Shown: positions 18,101 through 26,987 of the stretch, in pieces
How positions within the stretch are numbered: position 1 is the stretch's first letter
Layout of the letters: each line of letters opens with the position of its first letter
Source of the DNA: a virus
Taxonomy: Duplodnaviria > Caudoviricetes
IMG/VR virus record: IMGVR_UViG_3300032303_000410
Span: 1-36,403 of that record
Strand: one strand, 5' to 3'
DNA length: 36,403 bases
Notes under the pieces: generated by a model
Database searches by the model: none
Seen by the model: the letters and a program-made list of their open reading frames with translations, nothing else
What the model was told of the DNA's origin: nothing
Position numbers and translations under genes: made by a program

Positions 18101-18487
18101 AGAAAAATTAGCACTTGTTATTGAAAAAGTTTGTGTATTAAAGTTTCCAGTAGTTGGGTTAGCAATAGTTGTGTAAGACATAAGGTCTGTCCATGCAGAA
18201 TCATTAGTTGTATTTGTTAAAGATGATTGAAACTTGTAAGATAGAGTTGAGGCACCTTCCCAATGATAATTTTTTCCAGTAAGAGTGGCAGGCCAAGAAG
18301 TATTGCTGCTAGTTATTTCTAAAGGAAAATCTATGTTTGGACCAGCTTTAGGCCAAAATTGAAACCAACCACTTGCTTTTTTTACAAAACCTTTAGATAT
18401 TAATTTCCAAGTTCCAGACCTTTCTTTAACATATATTGAACTTGGCTGAACCCAATCTCCAGTTCTTTTTTTAACATACAGAGCCAT
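15101..18487 (-). CDS. Tail adhesin / receptor-binding protein with Ig-like repeats and an InlB B-repeat-like domain
   Basis: Ser/Thr/Gly-rich beta protein; N-terminal triple (Y/F)VKxxxGxW motif; GTWxxxPxSY domains; YTVTWNANGG...GFTFNGYY...MYARW. Confidence 0.7.
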   Translation of the reverse strand: MALYVKKRTGDWVQPSSIYVKERSGTWKLISKGFVKKASGWFQFWPKAGPNIDFPLEITSSNTSWPATLTGKNYHWEGASTLSYKFQSSLTNTTNDSAWTDLMSYTTIANPTTGNFNTQTFSITSANFSTTVRSKWFRFVVKGTDSSTGTITTEVSNNINISKSALVGTAGTVVIARSSASSYIYSVTNNGTWSSTPVSYSYQWQQLLSGTWTDISGATSISNNMSSFVQKDIRCKVYAVDDLGATSELPIISNTLFVDYAPPSVTSFTATGGVSKITYSYVVSSDNQFPTITLKIERLQSGGSYLQTNFVNLVSKTGTNVVESVTISGTYRATLTASDGINPDSSIVVNNLTVAALNRSNVAIAQTTTNLSGASNITFSKTGIGSSQTGVIGWTNGSGVTYSDVSWTGNYSGSDLNKTISGSTQSSSFALSAATGSASITATVVQKALPQATISWDQTNAASYRVTYRATSTIAPGGFVDTVLTGNSSASSVSLIVNAASATVRVLEVIVYEYSNQNSGQPTGSTVGNFTITPAVQVTLGATQDFTTSASGTITYTYPTISGISVSNTTPFPGSATSISVSNSPPSNTGSVSWANGSNTSVANLFSVSGSGSGGAGTNPSSLLTSGSFTVVSTGTANATIRAINTSITVHATWTQADAQSYRVLYTTNAIGGIQTLNGNSSSTNPLALIGSSANSFTLQSVTVYPELNQGGSGVTLASTASASGATRTTDTSGSGSVTFTAPTYTVTWNANGGNGGGSTTQSQGSAHIAPSPGTRSGFTFNGYYDTTSLDFTYGPIASGGSFNPPSSMTMYARWSAVVNPPTNASIPTLSPTSISVGTLLTAGVGTWNNSPTSYDIRIYRGTANVSTGETLVASGTSTSLTYTVTQADYTSGQLYFRTYVNASNSGGSSGFVAGQERGPIATPVVAPTNASQPTISGGLAVGSTIFFGVGSWNNSPTSYDLRLYRGTQFVSSGETLISSAGNTTSSSYVITQADFNSGQRYFRTFASASNSAGSSGLVAGAEIGPITSGGGGGAAPVLISLTGNNSLQYGGTFSWSFSNSPTAYSIFVTGPSGTVYTTSNQYTYGLTTFRPGYDGTGWQGGGNYTIYISATNASGSSVTSNLTTFMN
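15408..16030 (-). repeat. Tandem duplication of a ~100-aa Ig-like domain within the adhesin
   Basis: PTNASIPTLS..VG....GVGTWNNSPTSYDIRIYRGT...TQADYTSGQLYFRT...GPI versus PTNASQPTIS..VG....GVGSWNNSPTSYDLRLYRGT...TQADFNSGQRYFRT...GPI. Confidence 0.9.
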
Positions 18488-21400
18488 TAATATACCAAAG
18501 TAATATCACCAAGAACACCAGTTGTTGGTGCTGGAACTGTTGTATTTGCAATTGATGTATCAAGATAATATATTCCAAGACCAAGCTGTGCTTCACCTGA
18601 TACTGGATCTTCAACTACCATTCTTTGTCTTGGTAAGTATCCCATTGGTGCAGTATTTCTGTAGTTTCCTTGTTGTCCTGGTGCAGTTCTATAATCAGAC
18701 ATATCAAATGTTCCAGCTCTTGGAATACCAGTTATAGAAACTTTAGAATTGTTTATAATAATTTTTGATGCACCACCATAGGCACTAAAATCACTAGTAG
18801 TATTTGTTGTATTTCCAGATACTAGAGTAATTGATGTACCGTCAAATTCTTGATAGACAGAGTTGGTTGATTGTAATCTAATACCAGAAGAATTAAATTT
18901 TTGCCAAACTGTTGATGATGCATTAATTTGAATTGCAGTAGATGTAAACTTTTGCCAAATATTTGCTGTTGATGCTATTTCAATATTTTCAGATCCTACA
19001 GTTCCATCAACATTAATAAATACTGTTGATGCTGCAGTTAGTTTAATTTTATTGTTAGTAAATGCTGCCCATGCTCCGTATGCAGTAGTAGGTGAATAAG
19101 GTGCACCAGACTGTTTTGCTGTATAGAATAGCATTGATGGAGTACCGCTTGCAATTGCTGGATTTAATTTATTTGCAGTTAGTGTAGCATCTCCACGATC
19201 CAACAATAATCCAAGGTCTGGACTTACAGAAAGTTGAATTCCAGTGTCTGTTGCAGTAATGAATGGCTTGCTTGCTCCAGTAGAGAAGTAATCCCAGGCA
19301 CCTACAAATATTCCAGTTCCAGTTGTTGTGTTTCCCCAATAATCTTTATAGCTTGATCCAGCAGAAATGTAGGGACCGTTTGTTGGTCCAGAGGAAGCTA
19401 TTTGTTTTCCAGTTGACCAAGGAGCTGTTGTACTTGGAGCAGTTAAATAAATATTATTATTTCTTGGAACTAGATATGATACAGGTGCACCAACACCTGC
19501 TGTTTGAAGAGACATGTATCCATGCTCGCCATCCATAGTCATTGTTCCTAATGCACCTACGCTTGATACTGTTCCAGTAATCTTAGCATTTGATGCATAT
19601 AGGTTTCCTGATAGTGTTACTCTAAATGCATTTGATGTACTTGTTGCTCCACCAGTACCAGCCCAAAATACGTTTTCTGTTCCAACTCCAGCACCATTTA
19701 TATTATCTGTTAGGGCTGATCCACTTGAAATATATGGGCCATTTATTCCAGATGTGTAGCTAGCAACATTTTGTGCGCTTACTGATATATTTCCTGCTGT
19801 TGAGTTTAAAGATATATTTGCAGTCCCAGATCTTGATATAGATGAAGAGTCTACATTCCATCCACCAATGTTTGCACTCTTTGTGGTGAAGAGACCAGTT
19901 TCTGAATTGATTGTAGTTATATCTCTTGTTATTGAAGAGTTAAAAGCTAATCCATCTTTATTTAATACAAAACCAGCTCCTGTAATTAATATCACTGATC
20001 CAAGTGGGTCTGTAACTATAGCATTAGTTGTATTGGCTACTGTAAAAGTATTTAATGTCCGTGCTATGATTCTAAACTTTCCATTGTATCCTTCTGGCAA
20101 TAACCCAGATATAAGTACATCGTCTCCAACAATATATCCGTGGCTTGCTGTTGTTGTGTATGTTGCTTCAGAGGAAGTATATGTAACACCACCTATTGAA
20201 AATACCCCTGGTGGTGTAATAAATGATTGAAGAGATCCTCCAGGAGCTATTGTAACGTTACCGCTAAATGTTCCTTTTCTTGCAGAAATATTTCCATCAA
20301 TTAAAAAATCGCTACCATTCCATTGTATAAAGTTTGTTGTTGCTCCACCAACCTTTAATGATGCTGATTGATCTGAGTCTATATACCAATAGTTATTTGC
20401 GTTAAATACTAATCCTCTTTTGCCAGTATCTACTCCATATCCAAATTTGAATGCAGTTGAATCGGCATCTGTAGGATTGGCTTTTGCTCTAAAATATCCA
20501 GCAACATCAACTGTTCCAGCAATATATGGAGTTCCAGTAATAGTTACATTATTTCCAGCAACATACTGAGTTGATGTATTGTTATACTCATCATATGTAG
20601 CGACTGCAAACTCATAGGTTAATCCAACCCCTAGATTAGATAAGTGGTATGTGGTAGCAGTTCCTGGCGAATCAACATATGAATATGCTGTTGCAGGAGT
20701 TGCAACTTGTCTCCACCGAATTCTATATCCTCGTATACCATTTCCAGTTACTGGTGCCCAAGATATTGTTGCATGACCATTAAATCCAATTATCCCATCT
20801 AAGTCTAAAGAACCTACGGTTGTAACAGATCCAACATTTCCTGGTCCTTCATTATCAGCAACGACTGGACTTGTTGGTGTTACTGCTTGTGCGGCTGAGA
20901 ATGCAGTATAAATACCAGCATCTGATGAAAACCTTGCTTTTACCCATCGTTTGTTTGTTCCTGAAGATATAATATTAGCTGGATTAATTGTTCCTAAATA
21001 TGTTCTTGTGTATGTAACACCTGTTGGCTCTGTTAAGTCTGTTGATTCATATTCTACAATATCAATTGCATCATATACATCTTGTGAGGGTGTTGTATAG
21101 GAAACGCTATATCCACTTGCTATTGCTGAAACAGTAATTACTGGAACTGGTAAACTTAAAACATAGTCTGGAACAGTAGGTGCACATATACTATTACTTA
21201 TATTGTTTAGTGGGTCTCCAGTTAATACGCATACTGCAGAAAAGCTTGTTCTAAACACATTAAACATTGAAGTAATAATTGATTTAGTTAGAGTAATTGT
21301 TTGTGCAGTCTGTGTTGTATTTGGTACAAATGTATTTGATGGAGTTCTTTTTGTTACCCCGCCAGATGTCAACTCAACTATAAACTGTGTAATTGTGTCA

Positions 21401-21789
21401 TTGAGTGAATTTGAATAATCCCAATTAAAAGTAATAACAAGATCATTACCAGACCATGTAGCAGAAACATTTGTTGGATCTGTTGGAACAATAATAACTG
21501 GTCCTGAACCTCCAGGGTATACCTTTGGTGGTTTATTTCCTATTGGTGGACCTACATAAGGAAACTCTGTAGGTGTTGGTGAAATATATGAAGATGAACC
21601 TGTTGGATTATCTAATCCTCTTCCACCCATTATTAATGATTTACCATCTAAACCAATAATATCAATTTCAGCACCTATTCGTGCTTTTGTTTGTCCTATT
21701 TTATTTGGTTTTAATCTTGGGTCATCAATATCAATTGGTACAGTCTGGTTTTTACCAACTGATTTTCCACTTGTATATTTTGATTTCAA
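18487..21789 (-). CDS. Minor tail / central fibre protein with FN3 domain
   Basis: FN3 pattern ISW...GYRIRW...LSNL..GLTYEFAVATYD; HGY.VGD.V.ISG....YNG.F beta domain; ANIGGWNV fibre motif; TTG start. Confidence 0.72.
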   Translation of the reverse strand: MKSKYTSGKSVGKNQTVPIDIDDPRLKPNKIGQTKARIGAEIDIIGLDGKSLIMGGRGLDNPTGSSSYISPTPTEFPYVGPPIGNKPPKVYPGGSGPVIIVPTDPTNVSATWSGNDLVITFNWDYSNSLNDTITQFIVELTSGGVTKRTPSNTFVPNTTQTAQTITLTKSIITSMFNVFRTSFSAVCVLTGDPLNNISNSICAPTVPDYVLSLPVPVITVSAIASGYSVSYTTPSQDVYDAIDIVEYESTDLTEPTGVTYTRTYLGTINPANIISSGTNKRWVKARFSSDAGIYTAFSAAQAVTPTSPVVADNEGPGNVGSVTTVGSLDLDGIIGFNGHATISWAPVTGNGIRGYRIRWRQVATPATAYSYVDSPGTATTYHLSNLGVGLTYEFAVATYDEYNNTSTQYVAGNNVTITGTPYIAGTVDVAGYFRAKANPTDADSTAFKFGYGVDTGKRGLVFNANNYWYIDSDQSASLKVGGATTNFIQWNGSDFLIDGNISARKGTFSGNVTIAPGGSLQSFITPPGVFSIGGVTYTSSEATYTTTASHGYIVGDDVLISGLLPEGYNGKFRIIARTLNTFTVANTTNAIVTDPLGSVILITGAGFVLNKDGLAFNSSITRDITTINSETGLFTTKSANIGGWNVDSSSISRSGTANISLNSTAGNISVSAQNVASYTSGINGPYISSGSALTDNINGAGVGTENVFWAGTGGATSTSNAFRVTLSGNLYASNAKITGTVSSVGALGTMTMDGEHGYMSLQTAGVGAPVSYLVPRNNNIYLTAPSTTAPWSTGKQIASSGPTNGPYISAGSSYKDYWGNTTTGTGIFVGAWDYFSTGASKPFITATDTGIQLSVSPDLGLLLDRGDATLTANKLNPAIASGTPSMLFYTAKQSGAPYSPTTAYGAWAAFTNNKIKLTAASTVFINVDGTVGSENIEIASTANIWQKFTSTAIQINASSTVWQKFNSSGIRLQSTNSVYQEFDGTSITLVSGNTTNTTSDFSAYGGASKIIINNSKVSITGIPRAGTFDMSDYRTAPGQQGNYRNTAPMGYLPRQRMVVEDPVSGEAQLGLGIYYLDTSIANTTVPAPTTGVLGDITLVY

Positions 21790-21795
21790 TTTGGC

Positions 21796-22317
21796 CTATC
21801 CCTTTGGCCCAATTGCCATCCAGTTTATATAAAAATATCCAGTAAGAGGTACTCCAGCAGTTTGTTTACTGAGGGCATTCATTACTCTATATGTAAAACC
21901 TGACTCTGTTACAGCAGTAACTGTTACAATTGCATTTGCATCACTTGTTGTTACTGCTCCGCTAAGCTGTACAGTTGCTGTGATAATTGGACTTGCGTTA
22001 AATGATGTAGCTCCAGACACTGGGTCTGCAAAAACAACTTGTCCATAATAAATATGTTTTTTGTTATCATCAGAATTAAAGGTTGCTGCTGTTGTAGTAT
22101 CAATTTTATTTTTTCCATAAATAATTTTTTGTGAACCTGGGTCATACTCATGTGATAAATCAGATGTTCCGTTCCAATCTGTTTGACCAGTTCCCTGAGT
22201 TCCAAAATTATTTGTTATTGAAGTAATGCTATCACTATGCTGATTAACAACATTGATAACCTGCTGCCAAGCAGCAAGGTCTATAACATTTGGGTCTGAT
22301 ATTTTGATGTATGCCAT
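21796..22317 (-). CDS. Minor tail protein (C-terminal H-type-lectin/gp53-like beta sandwich)
   Basis: F...P.ITAT...VT.SGFTY...INWMAIG C-terminal pattern typical of phage tail proteins. Confidence 0.6.
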   Translation of the reverse strand: MAYIKISDPNVIDLAAWQQVINVVNQHSDSITSITNNFGTQGTGQTDWNGTSDLSHEYDPGSQKIIYGKNKIDTTTAATFNSDDNKKHIYYGQVVFADPVSGATSFNASPIITATVQLSGAVTTSDANAIVTVTAVTESGFTYRVMNALSKQTAGVPLTGYFYINWMAIGPKG

Positions 22318-22333
22318 AATGGTCTCCTAGATT

Positions 22334-22345
22334 TCAATTATACCA
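22334..22345 (-). promoter_or_regulatory. Extended -10 promoter TGGTATAATTGA
   Basis: Intergenic, upstream of SD AGGAG; overlapped by inverted repeat 22340-22357. Confidence 0.68.
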
Positions 22346-22356
22346 TAGCCATGGTA

Positions 22357-25300
22357 TTATTCAAGCCTATTTATTTTTAGAGATGTAGATAGGCCAGTAT
22401 TAAATGTGTGGCAAACTGATTGAACTACATACTTTTGTCCACTTATTCCATTTAAAGAGTAGTTAAGGGTTACAATGTCTCCAACTTGAATTAGTGGGTT
22501 GCCAAAGATTTCAATGGATGCTGTTTTTGAAAATCCTTCAATTCCCATTTGAATAATCTTTAACATTTTTTGTGCTGCTTCTTTAGACTGAATCCATTGT
22601 GAATCTAGCTGTATAACCTCTGACATATTAGATTGATCAATTATTCTTTCTATAATCTCTGGGTCTGACGGTGCAACAACTTCATGTGTCCATAAGTTGA
22701 AGTTAATTGTAAATTGGTTTAACTCATCAGATTCTTTATGTAAAAATACTACATGTGGAGAGTTATTTGCAACTGCAATTTTTGCTCTAAACCCCGTATT
22801 GATTGGTGTTGAATATGCTAATGAATATTCATCAACTAGTTTTCTTTGATAGTTATTTTGATCTTGTGGTGTGTTGCCTGGAAAATAATACCATAAGTAC
22901 TCAATTGGAAGAACATCAACACTCACAGCTGCTGGAGAAGTATACTGTACATCATAAACATTAATCCCAGAAATCTCTGGTGTTGTTTGCATTATGTAGC
23001 TTGGTGATAAAGATGCCAAACTTTGATTTTGAACTAGACCATTTAAAAATTGTCTATCTTGATAAAAATAACTAACGCTTCTTTCTTTTAAAGGTTTTTT
23101 AGTTGCATATATTTCTCTTAATGAAGATGCATGGTTTGAAGTAGCAGATGGATATATGATTGTTGGGTATAAACCCTCTATTGACTTAGGTGTTGATGAT
23201 GATATAAACCCAAATTTTGTTCCCACGGATATGTTATTTGCAACTGAAGGCTTTTGTCTTGTTCCAGTATTTGGATTAAGGCTTGTTGTTTTATATCCTC
23301 TTGCTCCTGTAGCAGGATCTGATGCTTGTCCAGGTATCTGCCATCCACCAATTTCAACATTATTTAAAAATACAGAAATTATATTTTTAGTTGTTCCAAT
23401 AGTGTTATGCTCTCCATCTGATCCATCTGATAAATACCTAACAACCTTTAGATTAAAAGCATTATCAGTAATATAATTATATTGATACTTTCCGTCAACT
23501 AGTTTTTTATTAATAATTTTAGAAAAATTATTTGTTATGCTTTGACATTCACCAGTTACTTCAGACCAAGCGACTATGCTTCCTTCATACCTTAAAGTTA
23601 AAATATATTTATATTGAGGTGGATCATAAAGTGTAACTGTGCCTGTTTTTAAAGTATTATATTTAATTAATTCAACAAAGTAAGCCCCAGTAGAAGATGA
23701 CTCGCTACTCATATTGAAGAATAGTCCTGCAGTGGTTACTGGTTGGTCTGGCATCTCAAACTTAACAGAGTAGGTTTGATACCCTTGATCAGTTGCACTT
23801 GCTGGATAAATGATTGTTTTGTAGTCTGTAGATGTTGTAACCCGTATCTTATCAATACTTGGCAAGCTATCTGTTATTGCACCAGAAGATGTTTTACTAT
23901 TAATAATTGAAGCGCTACTGGATGTAGATATGCTAGAATAATTAGAAGAAATCTTTTTTTCAGATAAACCCTTACTTGATAAAGATGTAATTCTTTTATG
24001 TTCTGATGGAGATGTTCCAAACATTCCACGCTTTACATTTGTAATGTTACCCGTTGGAGTGATTTTTATGTCGTATCCAAAATTATTAGTACCGTCTGAA
24101 GTTATCAATCCTACACTATTCTGTTTAACATATTTGTTAATTTCTGAAGAAAGTTCAAGATTGTTTTTAACAGAAACATAAGATTCATTGCTATCTGTTG
24201 TGCTTGAAATCTTATATTCTTTATAAACAAAAGAAACAATTTCATTTTCAATTGCTGCATATCCTTCATTATTCATATTAAAGGTATGAAATATATCTAG
24301 CAAATCATTGTTATTAATTTTAAATAAGTTTGAGTTTTCTGACATATCTGCATCAATATAGTTAAAGCCAACAGAATCTATTGTTTGTTGCTGCCAAACA
24401 ACATCGTTAGAAGTTGTATAAATAAATGATGGTGAGTTTTTTATTTCCAAGTCTGTGACATTTTGTAATGAAGGAGCCTGTTTAATCTTAGGAGTCTGAT
24501 ACCTTAAAGATATTTTTCCTGGTTTTGCGTTGTTTGATATTGCAAATCCACCTTCTACAATATTGGCCTCTGACAAAGTTATCTGTGAGCTTTTTGGTGT
24601 CAATATATCTTGAAGACTTAAAAACTTCATAACTCCATACTCGTCAATATATGCTCCTATTTGATATGCAATAAATATTTGACTTAATGCATCAAGTACG
24701 GTTGTATCTTTTGAGTTACAATAGTAATAAGATAAGTCTAGCGGAGCAGTTTTATTATTGCATATTTTATATAAAGAGTCGTAGTCATAATCTGTAAATC
24801 CAGCAAGATCTAATATATTTGTAATTACTTCAAAAACACTTTTTAAGTTTGCAACATAGTCAGGAACTGGTGTTGATTGTAAATATCTTGATATATCAAA
24901 ACATTGTACGCTAACGGTATTAATATCATTTTCTTCCCAAGTATCTGAATAAAACACCCCACCTGGAATATAAATATTTGAATTTGATGTTGGTGTTGAA
25001 CCAAGCGTTGCGTAATCAATTAAATTAAAATTAATATAAAACTTAATATTTTTTCTTAATATGTTAGCAAGTATTGTTGATGATTGGTTACTTTGACTAG
25101 AAAATATTGGAACAATTGTTGAACCGTTAAGTGCTGGGATTGCAGATAAAGATATTCTTGCATCATTAGTATTTATAGAAGATAGTGGCAAAGCTGTTCT
25201 AGCAGAATCTAATGATTTAGTTATATCAACATTTTGTACAAAATCTGATAAATCTATTTCAAGTCTTGGAGATACTTCAATTAATTGCATTCTTTGTAGA

Positions 25301-26514
25301 TCTATATAAACGTTAGATGATGTATCTGCAATTCCATTAATACCTGAAAAAGCAGAGTTGTTAGTTTTTGATATTTGAGTTACAGATATTTTGTTAACAT
25401 TTGTTGAAATAGAAAGCTGTCCAGCAGAATTAAATTGTGGCATTGTTGACCATTTAGTTTTAGTCCAAGCAGTACCTGTCCAATATAATATAAGCACTCC
25501 AGTATTTACTGAATCTGCATTTGCTACTGGAGTAATAGACTGAGAACCATCTACTGTAATAATTGATCCATTAATAGAAATATTTATTGTTGGTACTGTC
25601 ATTAAAGTATTAAACTTTAAAACAATTTTATTTGTTAAAACATTTTTTTCATATACTGCTGTTATGTTTTTTGAAGTTGAATCGGAAACAAAATATTTAT
25701 ATGGGGCAAGATCTGATGGAAGTGCAGTCTTTATAGTTGGCACTGGTGGTGCAGCAAGAAAAAAGCTTGGGTTTTGGACAATAGAACTAATTGGTGAATA
25801 TTTATTTCCATAGTATCCTAAAGATTCAGACTCACTATTTAAAAGTTGAGATGCTATTTTTCTATGCTTTGTTGGAAAAGAATACTTAGAGTCACCAGTT
25901 GGAATATAAGACTCACCTGGTCTAAAATATGTAAAAGGACTTTCTGTAGGAAACATTGAATGATTATAAAAATCAAACTGAGTAGTTTCATATATTTCTG
26001 GAACGGTATAATAGATTAATGGATTATTAGATGTACCACTTATAGAGTTAGCAACTATTTTATAAATAAAAGAAGATATAGTATCTGAGACTCCAGAAGA
26101 GCCTAGGTATGTTACAAGCTTTGTCCAACCAAGAGAATCAGCCTCAACATTTTCTGACCCATACTGTGTGCTTGATCCTTTGGCAGATGCAGTTATCATT
26201 ACTGGTATTGAGCTATTAGTCTTTATATAGGTTATTATCTTATATGCTTTACCTGATAGTGAAGATGCTGTATATGATACTAGACCAGTACCGTCAGACA
26301 TTTGTAAACTTTTTGTTGTAAAGTTTTCTTTTGCTCCTATAGTTACATCTGAAATAGTTCCAGAGGTTAAAGTTCCAGATATTTTATTTCCAGCTCCTGC
26401 TGTTGTTATATAAGGTTGATTAAATAAATTATGATTCCATTCAGCAGAAACTACTGGTAATAGTTTAATTGAATCTGAACCTGTAAAAACTGATGAGCTT
26501 ACAGTACTAAGCAT
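22357..26514 (-). CDS. Large minor tail (tail tip/hub) protein
   Basis: 1385 aa, second gene after the tape measure; YIDEYGVMKF and GNPLIQVGDIVTL hub-type motifs. Confidence 0.72.
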   Translation of the reverse strand: MLSTVSSSVFTGSDSIKLLPVVSAEWNHNLFNQPYITTAGAGNKISGTLTSGTISDVTIGAKENFTTKSLQMSDGTGLVSYTASSLSGKAYKIITYIKTNSSIPVMITASAKGSSTQYGSENVEADSLGWTKLVTYLGSSGVSDTISSFIYKIVANSISGTSNNPLIYYTVPEIYETTQFDFYNHSMFPTESPFTYFRPGESYIPTGDSKYSFPTKHRKIASQLLNSESESLGYYGNKYSPISSIVQNPSFFLAAPPVPTIKTALPSDLAPYKYFVSDSTSKNITAVYEKNVLTNKIVLKFNTLMTVPTINISINGSIITVDGSQSITPVANADSVNTGVLILYWTGTAWTKTKWSTMPQFNSAGQLSISTNVNKISVTQISKTNNSAFSGINGIADTSSNVYIDLQRMQLIEVSPRLEIDLSDFVQNVDITKSLDSARTALPLSSINTNDARISLSAIPALNGSTIVPIFSSQSNQSSTILANILRKNIKFYINFNLIDYATLGSTPTSNSNIYIPGGVFYSDTWEENDINTVSVQCFDISRYLQSTPVPDYVANLKSVFEVITNILDLAGFTDYDYDSLYKICNNKTAPLDLSYYYCNSKDTTVLDALSQIFIAYQIGAYIDEYGVMKFLSLQDILTPKSSQITLSEANIVEGGFAISNNAKPGKISLRYQTPKIKQAPSLQNVTDLEIKNSPSFIYTTSNDVVWQQQTIDSVGFNYIDADMSENSNLFKINNNDLLDIFHTFNMNNEGYAAIENEIVSFVYKEYKISSTTDSNESYVSVKNNLELSSEINKYVKQNSVGLITSDGTNNFGYDIKITPTGNITNVKRGMFGTSPSEHKRITSLSSKGLSEKKISSNYSSISTSSSASIINSKTSSGAITDSLPSIDKIRVTTSTDYKTIIYPASATDQGYQTYSVKFEMPDQPVTTAGLFFNMSSESSSTGAYFVELIKYNTLKTGTVTLYDPPQYKYILTLRYEGSIVAWSEVTGECQSITNNFSKIINKKLVDGKYQYNYITDNAFNLKVVRYLSDGSDGEHNTIGTTKNIISVFLNNVEIGGWQIPGQASDPATGARGYKTTSLNPNTGTRQKPSVANNISVGTKFGFISSSTPKSIEGLYPTIIYPSATSNHASSLREIYATKKPLKERSVSYFYQDRQFLNGLVQNQSLASLSPSYIMQTTPEISGINVYDVQYTSPAAVSVDVLPIEYLWYYFPGNTPQDQNNYQRKLVDEYSLAYSTPINTGFRAKIAVANNSPHVVFLHKESDELNQFTINFNLWTHEVVAPSDPEIIERIIDQSNMSEVIQLDSQWIQSKEAAQKMLKIIQMGIEGFSKTASIEIFGNPLIQVGDIVTLNYSLNGISGQKYVVQSVCHTFNTGLSTSLKINRLE

Positions 26515-26987
26515 TATATCTCCGTAAATTCAATATTCATATCAACGTAGTCTGAAACCTTTGTTCTATTAATAATAGTTTTAGAAAAATCAGTTATATA
26601 AACGCTGTATGTCTTTGATCCAGTTTGAGCTGTTACAAATGTACCATTTGGTGCTGAGCCAAGAGCTGCGTCTGTATCAAGTTCTGAACTTATAATCTTT
26701 AAATAAATTGGCATAGCAGCATTAGATTTATAAAATGACTCTAACCAAGCTGCTGAATTATTTCCATCAACAGCCTCAGTAGTTTTAGATGGAACATATT
26801 TCCAAGAGCATGAGATTTTATTTTTTTGAGCAATTACGTATTTTCTTGTCTTGCCGTTAGCCATTCTTTGTTGCTGCTCAATAAGTTCTGTTGATATTTG
26901 AATTGGCTCTCTATTATGATCAGTCAACTTATACCAAGTGCTACCATTAATAGATACTTGTACGCCAGCCTCTAGTAAATATGCCAT
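26514..26987 (-). CDS. Minor tail protein (distal tail-like)
   Basis: Directly after the tape measure; RMANG..RKY and terminal F.E motif. Confidence 0.68.
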   Translation of the reverse strand: MAYLLEAGVQVSINGSTWYKLTDHNREPIQISTELIEQQQRMANGKTRKYVIAQKNKISCSWKYVPSKTTEAVDGNNSAAWLESFYKSNAAMPIYLKIISSELDTDAALGSAPNGTFVTAQTGSKTYSVYITDFSKTIINRTKVSDYVDMNIEFTEI

